Below are positions 48,621-58,275 of a stretch of DNA of 64,000 nucleotides, one piece after another (the stretch's first letter is position 1; every line of letters starts with the position of its first letter). The stretch is from Candidatus Hecatella orcuttiae (GTDB lineage: Archaea > Thermoproteota > Bathyarchaeia > Hecatellales > Hecatellaceae). The translations under genes and the position numbers were made by a program. Under the pieces are notes generated by a model. The model saw nothing but the letters and a program-made list of their open reading frames with translations, had not been told where the DNA came from and did no database searches. The DNA lies in NCBI GenBank assembly GCA_002011035.2, contig MTLY02000002.1, positions 32,001-96,000 on the forward strand, read 5' to 3'.

Positions 48621-49757
48621 TCAGCGGTAGACTCCGTATTCTCTCGCAGCCTTCACTAGGGCTTTAAAGTTCTCCGAGGGGGTATCGGGATTGGTGTCGC
48701 AGCCCGGCATCACTATGAAACCTCCCCCCTCTGCTGCGTAGTCTATGTTCCTTTTTACCGTTGCTCTAACCTGATCCGGAGTGCCCTCCAGCATGACAGA
48801 AATGGGGTCTATGTTGCCGCATACGCAGACCCTGTCGCCGACCATTTTCTTCACCGCTTTAAGCATGATGCTGTAAGGGTCGTCCGGGTCAAGGGCTACG
48901 GATTCGCCGACCACTTCCTTCAGGAATTTCAAGCTTAGCGGCCTTGTCTTCACATCTCCATAGTTGGCATGGATAGCGCCTGGAGATCCTTTCGGTATTA
49001 CATCCGCCGCCATCTGCAGAATTCCCGTTGTGTCTCCGCAGGGATGGTTAATGGGTATCATTCCAGCTTTGGCTATGGCATCGCAGTCTCTTGCTAAATA
49101 GGGTTTCACAAATTTTTCATGCTGCTTTGGAGACGTAGCCTCGGTGGACGCTACAGGGTCAAGAAGAGCCACGGCATGTGCACGGCCTTTAAAGGCGGTA
49201 TGGTATTTGATGGAATAATCGGTTATCTTGTCTAGCAGTGAATGGACTTTTTCAGGTTCCTTCACCATGGCCCTGAACATGGATTCATGTCCCATAAGAT
49301 TACAGGCTGTGCTGTAGGGCCCTGATACGATGACAGCGACTGCTATATGGTCTCCAACTTTATCCATCAGAATTCCCGCCTCTTCGATAACAGTTCTCAT
49401 CCTGGGATGCTCCTCTGGAGCCGGGAAGGTTAGGTTGTCCACATCCTCCCATGACTTTATTACCCTGTAACGAGTGTCCACGATGGGCATGTGCTTGCTC
49501 CAGTAGTTTTTAGCCCCCATGGCCTTTGCTTCAACGAAGCAGCCGTCGATGCCTGCGACGACGATATCGTCACCGAAATTTTCATTGGCAGCAATCTTTG
49601 CCTTCGCCATCTTTTCAGCATCATCGATGGCTGTTTGGGGTCTTTCCCCAATCTCCCAAAGGGCTCTCGTGATGGCTAGGGTGGCTACCGGCACTTGGTC
49701 TGGCTGTCCTCTCTGCAACGCTGTGGCAACCCTTTCAAGACTGGTCATTTTAGCCAT
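48621..49757 (-). CDS. MtaA/CmuA-like methylcobamide methyltransferase (UroD fold)
   Basis: Zn ligands HPCG and PGC, GNIDP; downstream of a corrinoid protein gene. Confidence 0.8.
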   Translation of the reverse strand: MAKMTSLERVATALQRGQPDQVPVATLAITRALWEIGERPQTAIDDAEKMAKAKIAANENFGDDIVVAGIDGCFVEAKAMGAKNYWSKHMPIVDTRYRVIKSWEDVDNLTFPAPEEHPRMRTVIEEAGILMDKVGDHIAVAVIVSGPYSTACNLMGHESMFRAMVKEPEKVHSLLDKITDYSIKYHTAFKGRAHAVALLDPVASTEATSPKQHEKFVKPYLARDCDAIAKAGMIPINHPCGDTTGILQMAADVIPKGSPGAIHANYGDVKTRPLSLKFLKEVVGESVALDPDDPYSIMLKAVKKMVGDRVCVCGNIDPISVMLEGTPDQVRATVKRNIDYAAEGGGFIVMPGCDTNPDTPSENFKALVKAAREYGVYR

Positions 49758-49774
49758 GATCTTCACCCTCCTCT

Positions 49775-50440
49775 CTATCCTCCACGCCCCACTAGGCTTC
49801 GAGCTGCTTCCACTGCCCCAGGGCCGTCGGCCGCCCACTTGTCACATCCTATCTGCCCCGCCCATTTTTCATTGGTCGACCTTCCTCCGACTAAAATTTT
49901 AAAGTCTTTTCGAAGCCCTCTTTTCTCCAGTTCTTCCACCACGTCTTTCACGTGGTCCCTAGTCACACTCATAAGGCAGGAGAGGGCTATGATGTCCGCT
50001 TTGACATCGACCGCCTTATCGATTATTTTGCCAGCCGGCATATCAACTCCCATGTCTTCGACGGTAAAGCCTGAGCCCTGCAAAAACAACCTCACGATGT
50101 TTTTTCCAATATCGTGGATGTCTCCCTCCACGGTTGCCAGCACAATCTTTCCGATTTCTTCTTCTTTTTTCCCAACTTCTTTTCCTAGATGTTCCAGTAT
50201 AGGTTTCATCACAGCTTGCAATGTTTCTCCGCAGAGGACGAGTTCTGAAAGGAAATACTCGCCTGTTTCATATTTTTCACCTATAATCTTGGTAGCCGGC
50301 AATATCGCCTCCGATATCAAAAACCTTGCAGATGCACCTTCGCTCAGCGCCTTATCCGTCAATTCCACGGCTTTCTCCGTATCGTACTCTACCAATGTCT
50401 GTTTCAGATTTTCAATATATTTGATCAATCTTGGCACCAT
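49775..50440 (-). CDS. Corrinoid (B12-binding) methyl-carrier protein, MtaC/MttC-like
   Basis: TVEGDIHDIGKNIV, SCLM and VGG motifs. Confidence 0.9.
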   Translation of the reverse strand: MVPRLIKYIENLKQTLVEYDTEKAVELTDKALSEGASARFLISEAILPATKIIGEKYETGEYFLSELVLCGETLQAVMKPILEHLGKEVGKKEEEIGKIVLATVEGDIHDIGKNIVRLFLQGSGFTVEDMGVDMPAGKIIDKAVDVKADIIALSCLMSVTRDHVKDVVEELEKRGLRKDFKILVGGRSTNEKWAGQIGCDKWAADGPGAVEAARSLVGRGG

Positions 50441-50632
50441 TATTCTACGTGAGGAAATCTTATATAAGTTTTATTTGCATAAATTTTATGAAGCTTTCAT
50501 CCAACATCTTCGCAAGCCTTTTGAATCATCATCGGACCTTTTTCCAAAACACGGCTTTAGGAAACCCTATGATTTTTAGCTCCATCAAGGAAAAGTTTTT
50601 ATCCCCTTCCAGCTTTAACCCTTTCCGCTGGA

Positions 50633-50752
50633 GGTTTACGGCCACAGCTTCCGGGGTAAGACCCGATCCCGTCCGATCTCGGAAGTGAATCCCGGAGGCG
50701 CCGCTCAATACTGCTCTCCGAAAGGGGGCGGGAAAGGGCGGTGCCGTGAACC
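50633..50752 (+). rRNA. rrf: 5S rRNA (stand-alone)
   Basis: Helix I GGTTTACGGC/GCCGTGAACC, ACCCGATCCCGTCCGATCTCGGAAGTGAA and AATACTG...GGGAA segments; ~120 nt. Confidence 0.88.
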
Positions 50753-50909
50753 TCCCTTCTTCTGTGAACTTTTTAGAGGAATATCCACCTTACCTTTAGA
50801 GTTTACGCGTTTAGATTCCTCCAGGTTCACCCCCTTGTAGGAGGAAAATCTGGGGGATCCGGTTTTCTTCAGCATTATTTATTTAAGCCAATTGATCCAC
50901 TAGGCTTTG

Positions 50910-52148
50910 TCAATCGAGAGACTTTTGACGTTTTAACAAGTAAGCTAACAGCACAGCACCCACGGTGATGAACAAACAGAAAATCAAACCCGGCCGGTAG
51001 CTGCCTGTAACGTCAAAAGCATACCCCAGTAGGATGGGCCCTAGGATGCCGCCAACTCCGAAGGTGGTGGTCAGTGCCCCCAAGTTCAAACCTATCTTAT
51101 CCGGTCCAAAGGTTTCTTCCACAAGAGGCGCTACCAAAGCCCAAACACCAGCGGCGCTGAACCCGAATACGACCGCGAACACATACAGCATCCAAACATC
51201 GTCCACCCAGAGGAGCCCGACGAAGACAACCGCCTGAGCGGCTAAACATGCAACCAGCATGTTCTCTTTGCCGACTTTGTCGGAAACTGCCCCCACAGCA
51301 GGCGAGCCGGCGATGGTGCTACCGCCCATCAGCCCTAAAGCCAAAGCAGCCATGACGCTTGATATCCCAGCGTCCGTAGCAAAGGGGACAAGATGCACAA
51401 GCAAAGAAGTGAAGCAGAGACTTCCAAAAAAATAGATCCCGTAGAGTATCAAGAAAGACCTTGTAAAGACAGCTTGCTTTGTAGACAAGCTTACTTGCAA
51501 AGGATCCTGCTTCCTCGCTCGGACTTTTAGCCCATCCGAGTTTGCATGGTTTTTCATCAGAAAAGCCGCGAAGGTGATAATTCCGAGGAGTGCGAATCCC
51601 AAGGTTACTAAAGCTCCCCGCCATCCGTAGGTTGAAGTTAGGATTGCGGCTATAGGCGCCATGGAGAGAATGCCCAGCCCGTATCCGGAATTGGCAACAC
51701 CTACGGCTAGCCCCTTCTTTTCTTCAAACCACTTGACCACAGTCGAAATAGGCGGCACCCAAAGGCCGCTGGAGCCGAAGGAGGCTATACCCCAGAAAAG
51801 ATACAGATGCCAGACAGATTCTACGGAGGAAGACAGAATCAGCCCGAGGCCCACGAGAATACCTCCAAACATGATAACCTTCCTCGACCCGTGTTTGTCG
51901 CTTAGATGCCCCATGAGGACGGCTGAAAAACTGTGCGATATGGCATACAGCGAGAAGACAGAAGAGGCCACAGCCCTGCTCCAGCCGAACTCTTCCATCA
52001 AAGGTTTGAAGAACACACCGTAAACCTCGAAAACGCTGAAGGTGAAGAGGCACAGCGTCGTGGCCGCAACCACTACCCATCCGTAGAAAAAATTGGCCCT
52101 CAAAGAGCGTGAACTCCAAACTTCTGCTGAAGACTCAAAACTGTACAA
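50910..52148 (-). CDS. MFS transporter (monocarboxylate/OFA-like)
   Basis: FFYGWVVV, GHLSDKHGSR and KWFEEKKGLAVG motifs; 12 TM helices. Confidence 0.88.
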   Translation of the reverse strand: MYSFESSAEVWSSRSLRANFFYGWVVVAATTLCLFTFSVFEVYGVFFKPLMEEFGWSRAVASSVFSLYAISHSFSAVLMGHLSDKHGSRKVIMFGGILVGLGLILSSSVESVWHLYLFWGIASFGSSGLWVPPISTVVKWFEEKKGLAVGVANSGYGLGILSMAPIAAILTSTYGWRGALVTLGFALLGIITFAAFLMKNHANSDGLKVRARKQDPLQVSLSTKQAVFTRSFLILYGIYFFGSLCFTSLLVHLVPFATDAGISSVMAALALGLMGGSTIAGSPAVGAVSDKVGKENMLVACLAAQAVVFVGLLWVDDVWMLYVFAVVFGFSAAGVWALVAPLVEETFGPDKIGLNLGALTTTFGVGGILGPILLGYAFDVTGSYRPGLIFCLFITVGAVLLAYLLKRQKSLD

Positions 52149-52157
52149 AGAGGCTTA

Positions 52158-52841
52158 TTATATTTTCGGGAGAATCTTTGAGTATTTCTCCATCCTCATT
52201 TTCCTTCCTTCAGGCTGAATGAGCCAAGTCATCCAGCAGAGTTCGATGGGTCTATACCCACAAGTCAGAGCAAGCTCCTCAGCTTTTTTCACAAACTCGA
52301 GGTCGTCGTTCACAGGCTCTAAGCCGGCTTTCACCATGATCTCGTTCACCACTCTTTTGACTATTTTATCAGGCATCACCGTGTCCACACCGCCCATCAT
52401 CCTAAGATACTGAAATGTATTCACACCTACACCTTTGATCCTTCCAACGGGGTCCTCCCTCCATTTTTGGAGGTCGGCGCTTCTAGCCCAAGTCCTGAGG
52501 GCTTCCCTATCATCGCCCAGCGCTGAAAGGTGGGAAGCTATGGCCTTGGCCATAGCCCATGAGCGCCTGTTTCGCCACACTGCCTTCAGTTCCTCCACGT
52601 TCGCCTCAGATAGATCTTTGAGGTTTTTTATTTTACCACTTTCCACAAACTTCTCGCGGAACTCCTCCACCTTCGGAACAACGGCGGTGAAGTAGTTTAG
52701 ACCGATGGAGGTGAACGCGGCGTCCACCACCATCAAAACCACGCTTCCACCCCACCTCTCTGTTCTGAGACATCTACTGCAATGCTCCTTTATCCCGGAA
52801 ACTTTTTGCATGTAACCGTCAACAATTCTCTTCAGCAACAT
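52158..52841 (-). CDS. Conserved hypothetical protein with a helix-hairpin-helix-like motif
   Basis: IKGVGVNTFQYLRM.GGVDTVMPD resembles HhH followed by the catalytic Asp of the HhH-GPD superfamily. Confidence 0.55.
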   Translation of the reverse strand: MLLKRIVDGYMQKVSGIKEHCSRCLRTERWGGSVVLMVVDAAFTSIGLNYFTAVVPKVEEFREKFVESGKIKNLKDLSEANVEELKAVWRNRRSWAMAKAIASHLSALGDDREALRTWARSADLQKWREDPVGRIKGVGVNTFQYLRMMGGVDTVMPDKIVKRVVNEIMVKAGLEPVNDDLEFVKKAEELALTCGYRPIELCWMTWLIQPEGRKMRMEKYSKILPKI

Positions 52842-53000
52842 CGGGCACTCCTCGGACGAGAAAACCGTCTACTATGAGGGAGATATTTCTCCATTTTAAG
52901 TTGAAAAATTATATTTAAAACCTACAGCCGACAGTTACGAACGCATTTCATGGTGTGGGGGCTCGGGAAGCATTTGGAAGCCAGCTTGATACTTAGCTTA

Positions 53001-53774
53001 TTAGCTTACTCTCCTCCCACCCCATTCCTGCCTGTAATGGCACTCATAGCAGTTTTCACCGAATCTTTCCGCCCATTCCTCATGGCAATTGATACACACA
53101 TCAACACGGGGTTTTATCTTCTCAAAGCCGCCTTCAGTGTGGCAAAGATCACAGTCGATTTTAGAGTGAGGCGTTTCTGTGTGGAGATACGTGATCACAT
53201 GACATCGGTCACATTCGGCGAAGTTTAAGTTGCCATATTCATCAGGCAAATGCCCTATAGGTGAACCCCAATCTTCCCGAGGATGGCATTTGTAACAATT
53301 GGTGTCCATCATGTATTCTGGAAGATCCTCATGGCAGTGTATGCAAACATCCACGGTAGGCACCTCGATTCCAGGTCCATGCATACCATGGCATTGTCTG
53401 CAGGCGATCTCCGAATGAGCCTTAACCTCGTGAAGACTGTTTCGGAGATGACATTCTTCGCAGATGGCTGATATCTGAGGATTGGTAAAGTTTATGAGAA
53501 CAGGAACCTCGTATATGCCTAGAACATATCTTCCTACCATGATCACCGACTGGGGTCCGCTTTCATGGCACAGATGACACTCGACGAAACTTTGTCCGTG
53601 AACTGATATCTCCCAGTCCTGAACAAAAGGCTCCATTATATGACATGCGCTGCAGTAGCGTGGATTTGAGATGATGCCGGTCCCTATCTGGTAAGTTAAA
53701 ACCGTAAAAGTGAGAAAGCTGAAAACTAGAATCATAACTAGGGCAGTGATCCCTATTTTCGCCACTCGACGCAA
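53001..53774 (-). CDS. Membrane-anchored decaheme cytochrome c (NapC/NirT-like N-terminus)
   Basis: N-terminal TM helix and 10 CxxCH motifs. Confidence 0.9.
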   Translation of the reverse strand: MRRVAKIGITALVMILVFSFLTFTVLTYQIGTGIISNPRYCSACHIMEPFVQDWEISVHGQSFVECHLCHESGPQSVIMVGRYVLGIYEVPVLINFTNPQISAICEECHLRNSLHEVKAHSEIACRQCHGMHGPGIEVPTVDVCIHCHEDLPEYMMDTNCYKCHPREDWGSPIGHLPDEYGNLNFAECDRCHVITYLHTETPHSKIDCDLCHTEGGFEKIKPRVDVCINCHEEWAERFGENCYECHYRQEWGGRRVS

Positions 53775-53787
53775 TTGAACCCCCCGG

Positions 53788-54495
53788 TTACAATTTCTTC
53801 AATACTGTTGTGCAACATCTATCTCCGTCGATAATGCAGTCTTCGAGTTTTACGTCATAGTTTCCAAGGCATCTACTAATGGATCGAAAATAGGCAGCGT
53901 GACCTTCGCAGAGGGTCTTGGGGCTGAGCTTCGAGATTTCGTAGAAGATGCAGTTGAAAATTTTTATCACCAAGTCCCCCTCAGGCGTTCTAGTTATCGA
54001 AGGATAACAACCCATTTTTTCCAGTTCGCTGAGCACATGAGTGCAGAATTTCTCCTCGTTCCATTGCTGAATTCGATGCTGAAGGCTAAGGTTTCTCATC
54101 ATGTTCTCCCCCATTTTTTCTCCAATCTCCCGGAGGAGAGTCGCTGCATATTTTTCACCTTTCTTATCAATAAGACTTTCCAGCAATAATTGAGCCAGCA
54201 GTTGGTACTGACGCTGGGGGAAACCTAGATTCATATATCTGTTTGCAATTTTATAATACTGTTTGGGTCTGCCTGGGCTGCCTCTTTCCTCCAAAAAGGA
54301 CTCTACTAAACCTGCGTTTTCCAAGATTCTCATATGGTGGCGGAGGGTTATGGTTTTGAGGTTAGTCTTTCTCGAAAGTTCATCCAAGTCTAAAGGTCCA
54401 CAAGTTACAAGAAGGTCTAATATAAATCTTCTAGGTTTGATGGAAAGAGCCTTATAGGCTTCTTCGTCTTTCAGGTTTGAATTTGTTGAGAACAA
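53788..54495 (-). CDS. ArsR-type HTH regulator with a Cys-rich C-terminal sensor domain (SufR/V4R-like)
   Basis: LRHHMRILE.AGLV, GRPKQYY, FPQRQY.LLA, NCIF, LCEGH and CIIDGDRCC motifs. Confidence 0.75.
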   Translation of the reverse strand: MFSTNSNLKDEEAYKALSIKPRRFILDLLVTCGPLDLDELSRKTNLKTITLRHHMRILENAGLVESFLEERGSPGRPKQYYKIANRYMNLGFPQRQYQLLAQLLLESLIDKKGEKYAATLLREIGEKMGENMMRNLSLQHRIQQWNEEKFCTHVLSELEKMGCYPSITRTPEGDLVIKIFNCIFYEISKLSPKTLCEGHAAYFRSISRCLGNYDVKLEDCIIDGDRCCTTVLKKL

Positions 54496-54755
54496 ATACT
54501 CACAACATATTCTATTGAAGCCTGCTTCTTTTATTTTTTTCTCTTTAATTATATATATGGATAATATAATATTTATTTAAATTACAAATGAAAGAAAAAT
54601 AATTATTAAGCGGAAATATCAAGTTCACCTCGAGCTTAACTCCCGTGCCTCAGAGGATACGGTAGGTTTAAGTTGTTTTCGAAGATAGCAATAGAATATA
54701 TCAACACATGAGTTGAGAACAAAATCTTTAGAGACTAAGGGAACAGTGTTTTCCA

Positions 54756-55475
54756 TTGAAAGAACACACACCAGTTGTTATCGAGCACCTCGCCAAGCGC
54801 TACGGCTTTAGATATGCGCTCCTAGATGTTACGTTGAGCGTGGGCCGGGGAGAAGTTTTTGGCCTCCTCGGTCCCAACGGCGCAGGCAAAAGCACACTTT
54901 TGAAAGTGCTTGCCACACTGGTGTCTCCATCCGGCGGCTCTGTACTAATAGACGGCCTCAGCTTGAAGGATAGGAAGGTGGAACTCCGGAGGAGGATAGG
55001 CTACCTAGGCCACGAGCCTCTTCTTTACAGGGACCTAACAGGTGAGGAGAATTTGAAGTTCTACTATAAGTTCTACCATTCTTCGCCTCCAGAGTACGTT
55101 CAGGAAAAATTGGATGAGGTATTTGAGCTTTTGAGGATAGGGGGCTGGCGGCATGAACCTGTCAGAAACCTTTCCAGAGGATTTAAGAAGAGGTTCGACT
55201 TTGCCAGAGCCATCATTCATGATCCTGAACTTCTGCTTTTCGACGAACCTTTTTCAGGCCTTGACATGGAAAGCCTAGAGGTCGCCCGTGAATTTGTGCG
55301 AAGCATGGAAGGGGAAAAGACTATCATCATCTCCACCCATAACATCGAAGAAGCCAAGGAGCTTTGCAACAAGGCAGCACTCCTAGCAAAAGGGCGACTT
55401 ATCCGCTTGTTGGAGGCCGGCGATATAGACGAGGTAAGCCTCAAAGACGCCTTTAAGGGAGGAGCCGCCCGTTGA
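54756..55475 (+). CDS. ccmA: Heme exporter ABC ATPase CcmA
   Basis: GPNGAGKST, YLGHEPLLY.DLT..ENL, LSRG and DEPFSGLD motifs; overlaps ccmB. Confidence 0.85.
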   Translation: MKEHTPVVIEHLAKRYGFRYALLDVTLSVGRGEVFGLLGPNGAGKSTLLKVLATLVSPSGGSVLIDGLSLKDRKVELRRRIGYLGHEPLLYRDLTGEENLKFYYKFYHSSPPEYVQEKLDEVFELLRIGGWRHEPVRNLSRGFKKRFDFARAIIHDPELLLFDEPFSGLDMESLEVAREFVRSMEGEKTIIISTHNIEEAKELCNKAALLAKGRLIRLLEAGDIDEVSLKDAFKGGAAR

Positions 55476-56164
55476 CAAGCCAAACTCTCCATGAGTTAAA
55501 ATGCGCCATCTACGTTGCATCCAAGGATCTTCTGGCTGAGTTGAGGAGGAAGTATGAAGTTTTTTCCATGCTCACTTTTGCCCTGATCTCTATCATAATA
55601 TTCAACTTCGCCTTCGGGATTTTCTCTGCCGCAGTGCACCAAGCGGTTCCCGCCATAATATGGATAATAATTTTGTTCGCAGGAATGTTCGGTTTTTCCA
55701 CGGTGTTCACGCGGGAAAGCGATCAAGGCACGCTCGACGGCTTGAGAATGCTTCCCATCTCCTCCCAGTCCATATTCTTGGGGAAAGTGGTCTACGGCTT
55801 CCTTCTGATGGGAGTCATCGAGGTGATTTTTGTTCCTTTGAGTATGGTGCTTTACAGCTACACCTTCACTTCCAGTTTCCTATTAACAGGATTGGTTTTC
55901 GTCCTAGGAACGTTGGACCTCGCTGTTGTGGGAGCTTTGGTCTCGGGTTTGACGATGTATACGGAGTCAAGGGCTCTGCTGATTCCTCTGTTGATGTTTC
56001 CGCTGGTGCTGCCGGTAGTTATCCCCCTCGTCATTCTGACCCAGAAACTCATCCTTGGAGTAGAGTTCTATTCTGTGCTGCCTGAGCTGAGGATGGTGGC
56101 TCTCACTTTGGCGGCGCTGGCAGCCGCCGCTCTCCTGCTTTTCGACTATGTCCTCCAAGATTGA
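55472..56164 (+). CDS. ccmB: Heme exporter permease CcmB
   Basis: KDL.AELR, F.RE.DQGTLDGL and LIPLL.FPL..PV motifs. Confidence 0.88.
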   Translation: MTSQTLHELKCAIYVASKDLLAELRRKYEVFSMLTFALISIIIFNFAFGIFSAAVHQAVPAIIWIIILFAGMFGFSTVFTRESDQGTLDGLRMLPISSQSIFLGKVVYGFLLMGVIEVIFVPLSMVLYSYTFTSSFLLTGLVFVLGTLDLAVVGALVSGLTMYTESRALLIPLLMFPLVLPVVIPLVILTQKLILGVEFYSVLPELRMVALTLAALAAAALLLFDYVLQD

Positions 56165-56204
56165 AGCTGAAAGTTTCCACTGGAGAGACAGTTGGCGAGA
56201 CGGT

Positions 56205-56339
56205 TTATTCCCCTTGCTCTTTCAGAGTGTGTAAGACCTTTCTGAGAGATGAAACTTTGCGGTCTAACCATAAGACATACAGGAAGATAACACCCCAGAA
56301 GATCATGGACATCGTCAGTAAGGTTTCTAAAAGCCCCAT
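56205..56339 (-). CDS. ccmD: CcmD-like small protein
   Basis: 44 aa (MGLLETLLTMSMIFWGVIFLYVLWLDRKVSSLRK...): single TM helix plus basic tail, directly after ccmC. Confidence 0.7.
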   Translation of the reverse strand: MGLLETLLTMSMIFWGVIFLYVLWLDRKVSSLRKVLHTLKEQGE

Positions 56340-56341
56340 TT

Positions 56342-57037
56342 TCACACCTCCTTTCCATATTTTACGGCCTCTGTTCTCTCCTCCATCCGAAGCAAGTCTA
56401 GGGTGATCCGGAAAAGCAAAACGTAGATCAACGTGACCGCAGCGAGGGCCACCATCAATGTGGCAACCATCGACCCTGTTATGAGTAAGCCCGTTGGTTT
56501 TATGACCACGGGGTGAAGCGTAAACCAGAGATGAACCGATAGATAGCTTAATGGCACAGTTATGAAGGCTACGATCCCCAACACAGCCGAAAGCCTCGCC
56601 CGCTTCTCCCTGTCTTCCACGGCCAGCCGAAAGGAAAGGTAAGCAACATAGACCAGCCAGAGGATAAGAGTGGTCGTCTCCCGTGGGTCCCAGTGCCAGT
56701 AGACCCCCCAAGCTGAACCAGCCCATAGAGACCCAAGTATCAAGGCCAGCCCACAGAAGACAACCCCCAACCTAGCTGAGGCGTCGGCGCAGAGGTCCCA
56801 GCCGCTTCGCCCGGTGCGCAGAAACATGAGACTTCCAACAAACGTAACCCCGAAGGCTAGGTAAGAAACCCACGCTGCTGGAACGTGAAGATAGAAAACT
56901 CTATAGAGCTCCCCCAACGTAGCCTCTGGAGGTGCGTAAAAATATGTGAGATAAATAGATAAAGCATTGAAGATAAAAACTAGGGGAAGGAATCCGTAGC
57001 GCCACAGAGCTTGACGGCGTTCTGAAACCACAACCAC
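56342..57037 (-). CDS. ccmC: Heme chaperone loader CcmC
   Basis: YLHVPAAW, WWD motif GSLWAGSAWGVYWHWDPRET and TLHP. Confidence 0.92.
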   Translation of the reverse strand: MVVVSERRQALWRYGFLPLVFIFNALSIYLTYFYAPPEATLGELYRVFYLHVPAAWVSYLAFGVTFVGSLMFLRTGRSGWDLCADASARLGVVFCGLALILGSLWAGSAWGVYWHWDPRETTTLILWLVYVAYLSFRLAVEDREKRARLSAVLGIVAFITVPLSYLSVHLWFTLHPVVIKPTGLLITGSMVATLMVALAAVTLIYVLLFRITLDLLRMEERTEAVKYGKEV

Positions 57038-57039
57038 TT

Positions 57040-58275
57040 TTATCCACTCCTCTTCTTCTGAGAATTATCTTCCTTTCCTCTCTTCAGTTTATTCAATTTT
57101 TTCTGAGCCTCCGTCTTACGGCTCTCATATCTGCGTATAAGCTGGACGTATACTTCTGGGGAGATAACTCCTAGCCTATAGTCAGACTCCAATCTACGGA
57201 GAGTAGCCTCGGAAGCCTGTAGCTCTCCTTCCAGTTGCATGATAGTTGAAACAGCCGATTTTACTCCCCCCTTTTTCCTTAGCATATTCAGATAAAGGGC
57301 AGCCACGCCTATAATAGCGATGACTCCCGACATCCAGAGAACAGAGTTGGCGATAAATCGAAGCTGAGATAAACCTGAAACCTTGACGATTATCTGGGAG
57401 CCGGCTTCCATCTTAGAGCCTAAAAGTGCTTGGTATACCTTGCCGTTCAACGTAGTTTCACCAGCGTTCTCCAACCCCTCCGCTTCCACTTCCACGCCCG
57501 GCTTCTTCTCCACCAGCACGTGGACTAGTTGGGTGGGATAGACTAGCTGTTTGGTGAAGACGCGCTCAGAGCGTTGGAGAGGGAGCTCGTATTCCACCCA
57601 TAACCTGTACTGACTGCCGGGATAAAGAGGTCCCATGGGGTCGAAGGTTACGGAGTCTTCGGAAGGAAACAGACAACAGTCCATCACGGGAGAGGTGAAG
57701 TTGTAGCGATCTGGGGGAACGTTTAGTCGTAGAGTACTGTTGGCGAAGACCAGCTCGCCCACGTTTTGGTAGACGAGAAGCTCGTAGACTCCTAAACGTT
57801 TCTCAAGGGGAGTTAGCAGTATGTAGTGGACGAGCACCCCAATGTCTTCGTCGCTGGATGTAACTTCGTAGACTATAAAGTCAGCCTGCACTGGCTCTTG
57901 GCCGTCTAACTTCACCATCTGAAAGTAGGGAACACCTTGATAAACAACCTCGATAACGAAAGTTTTGTTTACTGGCAAGGTTTCGAATTTATATTCACCC
58001 TCCCTGCCGGTAACCGTATCCGCAACGGTGATGAACTCGTCTCCGCGCAACTCTTTGAGTGAAACCTTTAAACCGGGAAGCGGGCCTGCTGAAGATGTTA
58101 CTTTCCCGACGATTACGCCGCTTTCCTCAGCGCCTTTTGCAACCTTTATGCCACTAAGACCGACGGCCATGATGGAGACCAGAAAAATAACCACTAACAA
58201 CTTGCTTAACCTGTTTGATGAGGAAACCGATCCCCAGAGACAAAGAGATGCCACCAAATCGTTTGTGAGACTCAT
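57040..58275 (-). CDS. Unknown secreted/membrane-anchored protein within the ccm operon
   Basis: Signal-like N-terminus, beta-rich (carboxypeptidase-regulatory/Ig-like) domain, C-terminal TM helix and coiled coil; start overlaps the ccmH stop and stop lies 2 nt before ccmC. Confidence 0.7.
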   Translation of the reverse strand: MSLTNDLVASLCLWGSVSSSNRLSKLLVVIFLVSIMAVGLSGIKVAKGAEESGVIVGKVTSSAGPLPGLKVSLKELRGDEFITVADTVTGREGEYKFETLPVNKTFVIEVVYQGVPYFQMVKLDGQEPVQADFIVYEVTSSDEDIGVLVHYILLTPLEKRLGVYELLVYQNVGELVFANSTLRLNVPPDRYNFTSPVMDCCLFPSEDSVTFDPMGPLYPGSQYRLWVEYELPLQRSERVFTKQLVYPTQLVHVLVEKKPGVEVEAEGLENAGETTLNGKVYQALLGSKMEAGSQIIVKVSGLSQLRFIANSVLWMSGVIAIIGVAALYLNMLRKKGGVKSAVSTIMQLEGELQASEATLRRLESDYRLGVISPEVYVQLIRRYESRKTEAQKKLNKLKRGKEDNSQKKRSG

